This document shows positions 57,069 to 64,000 of a DNA stretch of 64,000 bases, piece by piece. The stretch is from contig DASRSU010000025.1 in assembly GCA_035656295.1 (NCBI GenBank), forward strand, positions 65,543-129,542. The letters are read 5' to 3'. Within the stretch, counting starts at the first letter, position 1. Every line of letters starts with the position of its first letter. Source of the DNA: Candidatus Bathyarchaeia archaeon. GTDB lineage: Archaea > Thermoproteota > Bathyarchaeia > 40CM-2-53-6. The position numbers were made by a program, and so were the translations under genes. A model generated the notes under the pieces. That model made no database searches. It was not told the origin of the DNA and was given only the letters and a program-made list of their open reading frames with translations.

Positions 57069-58025
57069 TTATTCGGCAATCTGTGTCCCTTTCGTGCCTT
57101 GGATCGCTTCTTCGATTGAATCGAGTTCTGCAATGATCGCTTTCCTGCCTCCGTTGAGGATGAATCGGATTGCTGCTTCCACTTTCGGTCCCATGCTTCC
57201 CGTAGCGAAATGACCCATTGCCGCATACTCCTGAAGCCGGGCGAGCTTTACATGTGAGAGAAGATGTTGATTTCTCTTCCCGTAGTTGAGGTATATGCCT
57301 TCAACGTCTGTCAATATGACCAACTCTGTCGCGCGTACGGAAGTGGCAAGTCTTTCGGCTGCCAGATCCTTGTCGATGACGGCGTCCACTCCATTTAGTT
57401 GAGCTTGAGAGTTTACGACAGGCACACCCCCACCTCCGCAGGCGATTACAACAGTTCCTGTCGAGACCAATGATTTGATTGGCTCCGTTTCCATGATCTT
57501 CTTAGGATCTGGTGATGGAACGACTCTTCTGAAGCCCTTCCCAGAATCTTCTTTGAACTCCAAGTCGCCCCTATTTTTCGAGAGCGCCTGTTGCTCAGTG
57601 ACAGTATAGTACGGTCCAACGGGTTTTGTCGGGTTATGGAAGGCAGGATCATCTTGGTCGACCAGCATCTGTGTTACAAGCGTTACCACAGACTTGCTTG
57701 AGCCTATTTTTTGGAGTTCGGATTGTAGCGTTTGTTGTATTATGTAGCCAAGGAAGCCCTGCGTTTCTGCTCCACAGGCGTGCAGGGGAAAAGGTGGCAC
57801 AAGTGAACTTGCTGTCTCTTGGCGAATTAGAGTTGCACCTATTTGTGGACCATTGCCGTGGGTGATTACAATATTCTTGCCGTCATGAATGAGCTTTGCG
57901 ATCTTTGAACTTGTCCGTTGCACGTTTCTGTACTGTTCTTCGAACGTGCCTCGTTCACTTCGGTGAAGGATCGCATTGCCTCCTAGGGCAATTACCGTGA
58001 CGGTGGAGTTGTTAGTTTTTGACAA
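57069..58025 (-). CDS. arcC: Carbamate kinase
   Basis: IALGGNA, THGNGPQIG, PTKPVGP, RRVVPSP, VIDKD, GSMGPK; start placed at the TTG at 58025. Confidence 0.95.
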   Translation of the reverse strand: MSKTNNSTVTVIALGGNAILHRSERGTFEEQYRNVQRTSSKIAKLIHDGKNIVITHGNGPQIGATLIRQETASSLVPPFPLHACGAETQGFLGYIIQQTLQSELQKIGSSKSVVTLVTQMLVDQDDPAFHNPTKPVGPYYTVTEQQALSKNRGDLEFKEDSGKGFRRVVPSPDPKKIMETEPIKSLVSTGTVVIACGGGGVPVVNSQAQLNGVDAVIDKDLAAERLATSVRATELVILTDVEGIYLNYGKRNQHLLSHVKLARLQEYAAMGHFATGSMGPKVEAAIRFILNGGRKAIIAELDSIEEAIQGTKGTQIAE

Positions 58026-58190
58026 GATTTGGTTGGCATGGACTCGTGATAGATAAGATCGACTTTGCCTTGTCGTCGTTGCGAGATTCGCGAGAAGACT
58101 GGGCTTGATTGTATCGATCGGCCAGAGCAACGAACTTCAAGACATAAGTTGGACTTGGTTGTTAAATAGAAGCGTTGTCTGCCCTACGCT

Positions 58191-58718
58191 GTGCCTGACT
58201 ACCGATATCCTTCGTGGAGGCGAACGCTTTTCGTGGCCGTGCTGGTCATCGTGATTGTGGTCGCCTTTGCTCCTTCTGTGTCGCACGGAACCTTGACTTT
58301 GCGCTTATACGGCTCTTCGGCCAGGAGTGTTGTAAACCATGTATACGTGAGTTTCATGAAAGTTGACCTGCACGAAGCCGGATTTCCCAGCACGACCGGC
58401 TGGGTAACTATCACTCACAGTCTGTCTCATGTTGATTTGGTTTCTTCTAACCAGACGACTCCGCAAACTGTCACTTCGGCGAGCGTCCACTCTGGACGCT
58501 ACGATGGCATAATGATAACGTTCTCCAATTCCACCTTGGTAATTGCTGGCAGACCGGTCCCTGTTTCCGCACCTCCCGTAGTAAAGGCGAACTTCACGCT
58601 GCCAGTTCCGCCCAACAACACGGGCGATGTGTTCCTGGTATTAGACTTTGACTACTCCAGTCTGTTTGCGAATCCGCCCTCTCTTTCGTTTACTGTTGTA
58701 CAGGTTTCCGCGGTCTAG
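58191..58718 (+). CDS. Membrane-anchored beta-sandwich protein, DUF4382-like
   Basis: N-terminal TM; HVYVSF..VDLH, GRYDGI, VLDFD pattern (inference). Confidence 0.6.
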   Translation: MPDYRYPSWRRTLFVAVLVIVIVVAFAPSVSHGTLTLRLYGSSARSVVNHVYVSFMKVDLHEAGFPSTTGWVTITHSLSHVDLVSSNQTTPQTVTSASVHSGRYDGIMITFSNSTLVIAGRPVPVSAPPVVKANFTLPVPPNNTGDVFLVLDFDYSSLFANPPSLSFTVVQVSAV

Positions 58719-58768
58719 AACGACACAGACCGAAACCGTCAAATTGGGGGAACCTGACCACCGGGATC

Positions 58769-59305
58769 ATGTGTGTAATCGGCAAGAGTGAGCTTACAGC
58801 TCTCATAAGATCTCACAAGTGCATCCATCCATTCGATTACAGTCTCCTCGACGGGGATGGATACATACTTACAGTTAAGGAGGAACGGACTTTGCACTAC
58901 TTGGAGCATCAAAACCTCATCTCTCATGAGGTTGTCTTCATCCCACCAGAATTTGTCGCACACTTGACCGCTAAGAGCAAATACGGGAGAATGGGTTTGT
59001 CATTCCTCAACGCTGCGAAGGTTCACAGCGGATTTGTGGGTAGACTCGCTCTCGAACTGGTTAATCTGAGTAACGAAAGACAGCCGATCACGATTCGGAG
59101 AGGCGACCCATTGATGCACATAGAATTCATGAAGCGCGAAGGCGAGCCCTCCCCTTATAGTGGAGGCTATATGTTTCAATTCATGAGCGATGAAGAAATT
59201 GGAGAGTACACGTCCATTCTAACCCGCGATTTCAAGGGAATTTTTCCAGCCGATTACCTTAGCAAGTCGGCGAAAGAAAGAGTCTTGACGACATCCCTCG
59301 TTTGA
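58769..59305 (+). CDS. Divergent dCTP deaminase/dUTPase superfamily protein
   Basis: KSKYGRMGL (cf. RSSxxRxGL), KVHSGFVGRLALELVN (cf. IDPGFxGxITLE), Y.GGY. Confidence 0.75.
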   Translation: MCVIGKSELTALIRSHKCIHPFDYSLLDGDGYILTVKEERTLHYLEHQNLISHEVVFIPPEFVAHLTAKSKYGRMGLSFLNAAKVHSGFVGRLALELVNLSNERQPITIRRGDPLMHIEFMKREGEPSPYSGGYMFQFMSDEEIGEYTSILTRDFKGIFPADYLSKSAKERVLTTSLV

Positions 59306-59845
59306 TCAACCCCGTAAGACTTCAAGCGTTCGCCTCAACCTTGCATCCTTAATCTCCTGGCCCGCTAACTTGTAAAAGTCTACAAAGTTAGAGCGCAGAC
59401 CCTTCTTCGCATATTCGTGTGCCTGCAAAGCCATTTCCAGTTTGTCGAGTTCATGCACGAGGCGGGCTTCTCTGGTTTGATTCAGGTACAACTCCGTCCA
59501 CAGCCGCCGTAGCTCTCTTCGGGTTTCGAAGGGCATAACATCGATTATCTGTTGCATCGCATCGCGTTTCTTTCTCATCACCCGTGAAGGGCCCAGCTTT
59601 TCTTTCTCAAGCGGGGTAAGATCCCCCGTGATTGCCTCTTCGAGGTCGTGTATCAGGGCTAGCTTTAGTGTCTGTTCCGTGTTGTATCCACGTTTCTCTG
59701 CCTCAACTAGACCGAGTAAGGCAACGGCGAATGAATGGTCCGCCACTGATTCTGGATGTCGGATTCTCGTTTTTTCTGTCCAGCCGCGTCGTTCCTGAAG
59801 CTTGAGGCTTGACGCCAGTTTCCAGACCTTCCTTATGGTGTCCAA
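59306..59845 (-). CDS. HD-domain hydrolase, YfbR/HDDC2 5'-deoxynucleotidase-like
   Basis: RRGW, ESVADHS, LIHDLEEAITGD, HELDKLE. Confidence 0.9.
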   Translation of the reverse strand: MDTIRKVWKLASSLKLQERRGWTEKTRIRHPESVADHSFAVALLGLVEAEKRGYNTEQTLKLALIHDLEEAITGDLTPLEKEKLGPSRVMRKKRDAMQQIIDVMPFETRRELRRLWTELYLNQTREARLVHELDKLEMALQAHEYAKKGLRSNFVDFYKLAGQEIKDARLRRTLEVLRG

Positions 59846-59935
59846 TATTTCGAAGTCACTACCCAGCCCTTCTTTTCTAGTTTGTGGTTACCTACGTAAA
59901 TGCTCATATAGATCAGTAAGGAATCGTGTAGTGGT

Positions 59936-60181
59936 GTGCTGGCGTCATTGGTGAAGAAGATCCAGACCAAGTTTGCAGTAGCCAAGAAAGTTGGCCTTGT
60001 GGAAGACACGGTCTACCGGTCGCCTCGGATCTATCTTCCCACGAAACTCACTGATGATTCCAGCTTTCCCTTCAGAGAAGGAGACTTGGTCTCGGTCAAG
60101 GTTGACGGACGAAGGCTCGTTGTCCAGAAGGTAAGAAGGACATCAACCACTGTCGACGAGAAGTCGAGAAGGAAGCCATAA
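59936..60181 (+). CDS. AbrB/MazE/SpoVT-type DNA-binding protein
   Basis: RIYLPTKL....PFREGDLVSVKVDGRRLVVQKV. Confidence 0.75.
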   Translation: MLASLVKKIQTKFAVAKKVGLVEDTVYRSPRIYLPTKLTDDSSFPFREGDLVSVKVDGRRLVVQKVRRTSTTVDEKSRRKP

Positions 60182-60213
60182 TACGCGCGAACAAAGGCTC
60201 CAACACTGAGATC

Positions 60214-60657
60214 ATGCTAAGAATCACCGTTCAGGTTACCAACATGACCGGCGAGCGTTATTGGAGTCACGATTCACAGTTGCCAGCGCAGGTGCAAATC
60301 GCGGTCAACATCAACATTGTAGGTGTCGATCAACGGAATGATACCGCAGCCGAAGCACCCTTCGTATTCACTGTCACCTATACGCCTTCAATCGCGCAGT
60401 TAAGCATCAAGGGCAAGGCCCAGGTAAATGGAGAAAAGTCGGAGATTTCGCAGATTATTGAAGAACATAAGAAGAACAAACCTCCTCCAACCCCCGTAAT
60501 TCAAGCTGTCTCAAGCATAGCGATGGCGGAAGCTATACTTCTGTCGAAGAGTCTTGGGATTCCTCCTCCTCTTCCTCCTATCGGCGTGCCCGGGGGGGAC
60601 CAACCGCAGACGCAAGCGCAGCCCGCCGGAAAGCGCGAGCCCAGGTACACGACCTAG
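60214..60657 (+). CDS. Conserved archaeal hypothetical protein, possible SecB-like fold
   Basis: Beta-rich N-half, FVFTVTYTP...SIKGKA, then helix and GIPPPLPP tail; fold assignment is inference. Confidence 0.6.
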   Translation: MLRITVQVTNMTGERYWSHDSQLPAQVQIAVNINIVGVDQRNDTAAEAPFVFTVTYTPSIAQLSIKGKAQVNGEKSEISQIIEEHKKNKPPPTPVIQAVSSIAMAEAILLSKSLGIPPPLPPIGVPGGDQPQTQAQPAGKREPRYTT

Positions 60658-60659
60658 CT

Positions 60660-60701
60660 CTCCAAAAAATTGGAGGTATCTGAATCCTCCAAAAAATTGG
60701 A
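60660..60701. repeat. Two direct copies of a palindromic box, 27-nt period
   Basis: CTCCAA-AAAA-TTGGAG (60660-60675) and CTCCAAAAAATTGGA (60687-60701). Confidence 0.8.
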
Positions 60702-60986
60702 TTCCAAACAGAACCCCGATTCGGTCGCGAACTTGGGCGAGCGAGGTGGCTACGCTGGTTGCGTAGTTTGCTTTCTATTACAGAAAGCAAATAGACAGCG
60801 ACAGCTCAAAGCTCCACCAATAAAAGAGATTAGAGCTCTCACAGGCTTATACACTGGCTTGCCAATTTGCCGTGATCGCGAGTACACATCTGGCTAAACT
60901 TTACGCCATACGGAACGGGAGATTGCCGGTGTTTTCTCAATAGGCCACATAACGTTGTCATTACGACCATATGTTCGCTCGAAACC

Positions 60987-61664
60987 TTGGTTCCTCAACA
61001 TTCAACTCTAGGTGGATCCGCAAAGACGAAACCACCTAAGCTCATCTCAGCAAGATCTAGAAGAGCGGGACATGTAAGGGAGAAAAAGGAGTATCCTACT
61101 CGGGAGAAAAAACGCAAGGTTTGGCTAACACAAAGCCAAGTGAGTTCGATGTTGTCAATAGCCAAACAGAACTCCGATCGAGATTACATTCTTTTGCTAT
61201 TAATGCGGTATGGTCTTCGGTGTGGAGAGATCGTTGGCTGGAGAGGGTTACCTGGAATCAAACGAGAGGATCTGAGAGAGAAGGGGATTTGGGTTAAAGG
61301 GAAAGGTTACTCGAAGGGAATAGTTCAGGACCGTCTGGTTCCAATGCCTGCCGAGCTAATGAATCGAATAAAGTCATTTGCTTCTGCAGGTCCTCCGGGC
61401 GACAGGTTGTTCACAATATCGGAGGTATGGGCTGAGAAGGTCGTGAAAAACTGTGCGAGACAGGCTGGCGTCGAGGATTGGCAGCGGGTCGGGCCGCACA
61501 GACTAAGGGCATTCTTTGCGACAGATGCGAAGGACAGGGGCCTGGATGCGTTTACGATCCGGGACCTGATGCGCCACAAGAATATTACAACGACAAATCT
61601 CTATGTTGGGCAATCGTCCCCGGACCGGTTAGCTACAGTGGTTGAGAGTCTCTCAAAGGAGTAG
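60987..61664 (+). CDS. Tyrosine recombinase/integrase, catalytic domain only
   Basis: GLRCGE (R), VKGK (K), PHRLRAFFAT (HxxR), MRHKNITTTNLY (H...Y); 225 aa with a short basic N-terminus and no core-binding domain. Confidence 0.92.
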   Translation: MVPQHSTLGGSAKTKPPKLISARSRRAGHVREKKEYPTREKKRKVWLTQSQVSSMLSIAKQNSDRDYILLLLMRYGLRCGEIVGWRGLPGIKREDLREKGIWVKGKGYSKGIVQDRLVPMPAELMNRIKSFASAGPPGDRLFTISEVWAEKVVKNCARQAGVEDWQRVGPHRLRAFFATDAKDRGLDAFTIRDLMRHKNITTTNLYVGQSSPDRLATVVESLSKE

Positions 61665-61814
61665 GGTTTTCGGTATTGGTTTGCCGGCGACATACACTAT
61701 CCAATTATCGAGGTACCCTGCATAGCAACTGGACGCTGGCTCTTCGCCCAAGATGCGCTAGCATAAGGATTAAACGAGTCGGATTTCAAGTCGATCGAAC
61801 TGGAGCTTTACAAC

Positions 61815-62198
61815 GTGCCTCGAAGAGCCGTGCGTAGACCACCAAGACTCAAAACGACGATATTGTTCAAAGCTGGAAACCTCCCCGCTTCACCTGAAGA
61901 GCTTTTCCGAAGAGTATTCTGGAAGAGTGATTTTCTGGCTAGCGAAGCACAAAATTTCTGGAGAGAAATCCGACGTGCTGAACCTGTCGGTCTGCCCATC
62001 CAGGCGTGGAAGGATTGGATTTCAAAACGCGGAATGAGCGTGGGCCAATTCTACAACATGATACACGGGCTTGTAGGTGCCGGATTCATAGAGAAGAGAG
62101 ACTCGAAATGGCATCTAAGCAACAGTTTCATCCGTGAACTCGAACAGATGCTCAACGTGTACTCGAACGAGAGCGGCTTGAAAGTCCAGATTAGTTAG
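61815..62198 (+). CDS. Hypothetical winged-helix-like protein
   Basis: MSVGQFYNMIHGLVGAGFIEKRDSKWHLS matches a wHTH recognition helix and wing pattern. Confidence 0.65.
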   Translation: MPRRAVRRPPRLKTTILFKAGNLPASPEELFRRVFWKSDFLASEAQNFWREIRRAEPVGLPIQAWKDWISKRGMSVGQFYNMIHGLVGAGFIEKRDSKWHLSNSFIRELEQMLNVYSNESGLKVQIS

Positions 62199-62208
62199 CA
62201 TGATCGAG

Positions 62209-62739
62209 TCAGATCGTCTTTGTTCGTCTTCCTCCAGCAGCATCGATCTGCCCCTTCCTGATCCTCGTGTCAGAGATTCTTCTCCCATCCTCGGCTTTGA
62301 GAAGTCTGATAGCGTGAACTCTTAGAGATCGAAGTCCTGAACGTTTCCTGAGCCGGTTGATTTCGCTGGCATTCGAACGAGTTTCTGATGATACAATTAT
62401 CGCGTCAAGTCTCTTTCTGCTTACAGCGGGTCCGAGAGGATCCTCTAATTTGACAATCTTCGCTCTGTGATTCCAGCCTTTGGATCTTAGAAAGAGAGTC
62501 AGTTGTCGAAGTCTCTCGGGAAACGGTTTTACCGGGTGACTCTTTCTCATGCGGGAAACAAGCCTGTCGCTCGTCATTCCGATCAAGACTTTGCTACCCA
62601 GTTGAAATGCGAGCGCCAGAAGCTTTTCGTGACCAGCGTGCAGGATATCGAACGTGCCCCCCACTGCCACGATTTTGTATTTTTGCCCTTTCGCTGCCGC
62701 CGTCTTCTCTCCTCTGGCTCCGTCGGATTTCATCGACAA
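62209..62739 (-). CDS. coaD: Phosphopantetheine adenylyltransferase, archaeal type
   Basis: VGGTFDILHAGHEKLL (HxGH), DPLGP, IVSSET, RISDTRIR. Confidence 0.9.
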   Translation of the reverse strand: MSMKSDGARGEKTAAAKGQKYKIVAVGGTFDILHAGHEKLLALAFQLGSKVLIGMTSDRLVSRMRKSHPVKPFPERLRQLTLFLRSKGWNHRAKIVKLEDPLGPAVSRKRLDAIIVSSETRSNASEINRLRKRSGLRSLRVHAIRLLKAEDGRRISDTRIRKGQIDAAGGRRTKTI

Positions 62740-62871
62740 CGGGCCTCAGGGGGTGGACAATACGTCCAGTTTATGAGAGACAACTTGTGCTCGTCCGCAA
62801 AGTCCGTGTGGTCGGGCTTCAATAAGCATATTCTGCATCGATCTGATGATGCTTTGAAAGCGAGCTCGGGA

Positions 62872-63471
62872 ATGTCAGAGACAAGCAATTGGCGCAACCT
62901 CCTGTCGTCGCCAACAGTCGTATTTTCCTTCTCCTTGATAGTAGTTTACGTAATTACAGGATTGCTTGTGTCAGACTTTCTTAGTCCAGTTGACACTGCA
63001 ATCAACACTTACCCGACGACAAGTGGGTCTATCGTTGTCTTGCACTTGGCTCAATGCCAGGGTCCTGGTCTTAGTCTTCCGTTTCCTTGGACGCTCGTAA
63101 CTTCCGTGTTTCTACATTCGGGCATCCTTCACATTGTCAGTAATCTATTCTTCTTAGTAATCTTCGGTTTCATTCTGGAAGAACATGTGACGAAGCGACG
63201 TTGGGTGTTGACGTTCTTGTTGACTGGATTCATGGGCAATGTAACTTTCGCGTTGGCCGGCTTGGGCGGATTGATCCCTCCCAGTTGCGGCGTCGGCGCG
63301 TCGGGTGCAGTCTATGGGATCATCGGCACAGCGCTAGGCCTCAAAGCGGCCATACTGATAATTTTCCTCGCAGGTCTCGACCTCTTTGCAGGAGGCGGAT
63401 TCTTTGCGCATTTTGGAGGCCTGATAACAGGTTTCGTGCTTCGAGAATTTTGGATTCGGAAACCGGACTAG
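62872..63471 (+). CDS. Rhomboid intramembrane serine protease
   Basis: WTLVTSVFLHSGILHIVSN, GASGAVYG (Ser), AHFGGL (His); start placed at the ATG at 62872. Confidence 0.92.
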   Translation: MSETSNWRNLLSSPTVVFSFSLIVVYVITGLLVSDFLSPVDTAINTYPTTSGSIVVLHLAQCQGPGLSLPFPWTLVTSVFLHSGILHIVSNLFFLVIFGFILEEHVTKRRWVLTFLLTGFMGNVTFALAGLGGLIPPSCGVGASGAVYGIIGTALGLKAAILIIFLAGLDLFAGGGFFAHFGGLITGFVLREFWIRKPD

Positions 63472-63488
63472 CAAGGCTTTGTCTTACT

Positions 63489-63625
63489 CTATTTGGAATC
63501 GAGTATGAATAGGCGCTGACACATACTTTTTCTGGCGGTTTTCTGAACGGGCTCAGACGCGCGACATCGCCACCCCCCCCCCCGCGGGCCCTCTAGAAAA
63601 AGAGACTTTATTTTTGTGAAAAAAA
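63489..63625 (-). repeat. tRNA-adjacent repeat family, copy D
   Basis: Reverse complement is co-linear with copy B, shares a 17-mer with A, and ends in TATTCATACTCGATTCCAAATA (63490-63511). Confidence 0.85.
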
Positions 63626-63653
63626 GTTACGTTTTTCGTCATCTTCGGGGTTT

Positions 63654-63866
63654 TATTCTGGTCGAGTGTGAACTCACGTGGCACGGTATGATCCCTACGG
63701 CCACCAGCGTGTTTTCTCTGCGGGCTCGGGGCGCGCCATTTCCATGCTAGGGGGTCCAGAATTTTCTCATTGTACGTTAAACGTCTCTGATGATGTCGAT
63801 TCAGGGTTTCCGACACGTTGCTAGGTTCTGTCAGACGTTTCTCGGAGAGAGTCGTCTTGAAACGTC
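63654..63866 (-). repeat. tRNA-adjacent repeat family, copy E (long form)
   Basis: Reverse complement is co-linear with C: GACGTTTC.AGACGA.TC.CT.CGAGAAAC, AACCTA.CAACGT, AGACG.TTAA.GTAC, GACCCCCTAG, GCGCGC..GAGCCCG, GAAAAC, and a degenerate end box GTTCACACTCGACCAGAATA. Confidence 0.8.
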
Positions 63867-63956
63867 GCAAAACACGGCTGCAGAGATTGATCTGGCTATC
63901 AGCTTGGAGGAGATTTCACGATCCGTGACCCGGTTCGATTCAGAGCGGCGTAGAGG

Positions 63957-64000
63957 TAGCCCGGGGGAGATTCGAACTCCCGTCGGCAGGTGACTCCTGC
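63957..64000 (-). tRNA. 3' half of a tRNA, probably tRNA-Gln, likely with a canonical intron (partial at window edge)
   Basis: GGGAG-TTCGAAT-CTCCC T arm, CCGGGCT-A73 (implies A1-U72, typical of archaeal tRNA-Gln). GGAG-TC|A before CCTGC fits a BHB pairing with a CT-(C/T)TG loop. Confidence 0.75.

Noticed and set aside
62503-62871. N-terminal 123 aa of the track's rhomboid ORF as an extra domain
   Set aside because: It overlaps coaD antisense; the ATG at 62872 gives a normal 199-aa rhomboid.
63489-63866. Repeat family read as ORB boxes of a replication origin (G-strings plus AT tracts)
   Set aside because: No match to the TCCA-GTGGAAA-type ORB dyad, no inverted ORB pair around an unwinding element, and no orc1/cdc6 in the window.
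134-63993. Many 60-200 aa ORFs overlapping real genes on the opposite strand or in other frames
   Set aside because: Shadow ORFs of well-supported genes with no independent motifs.

Overview
Archaeal chromosomal window, TACK superphylum and most likely class Bathyarchaeia. This is inferred from PolB1-type polymerase, S25e, class I LysRS, TBP, Rpo6, thermosome, multi-intron tRNAs and F420 ligase. Most of it is densely packed housekeeping genes (carAB, amt, tbp, argS, citrate synthase, lysS, split GMP synthase, polB1, topA, lig, coaD and others), with a small accessory island at about 6.4-10.1 kb. Highlights: (1) a non-coding repeat family with 5 copies in two clusters, each beside a tRNA gene (15.6-16.8 kb and 63.5-63.9 kb); two copies bracket a small gene cassette, and a stand-alone catalytic-domain-only tyrosine recombinase lies at 61 kb; (2) a 935-aa protein fusing two Cdc48-like AAA modules to a Lon (S16) protease domain, coupled to a membrane protein behind a structured 5' leader; (3) a tRNA-Cys(GCA) with three introns (8/9, 37/38, 48/49) and a possible fourth, plus a two-intron tRNA-Arg(CCG); (4) an ArcE-like/carbamate kinase pair, a degenerate corrinoid protein and a Cys-rich PEPCK/HPrK-like P-loop protein of unknown function. 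No CRISPR array, rRNA or transposase was seen. All alignments and folds were done by eye; no database searches were run.
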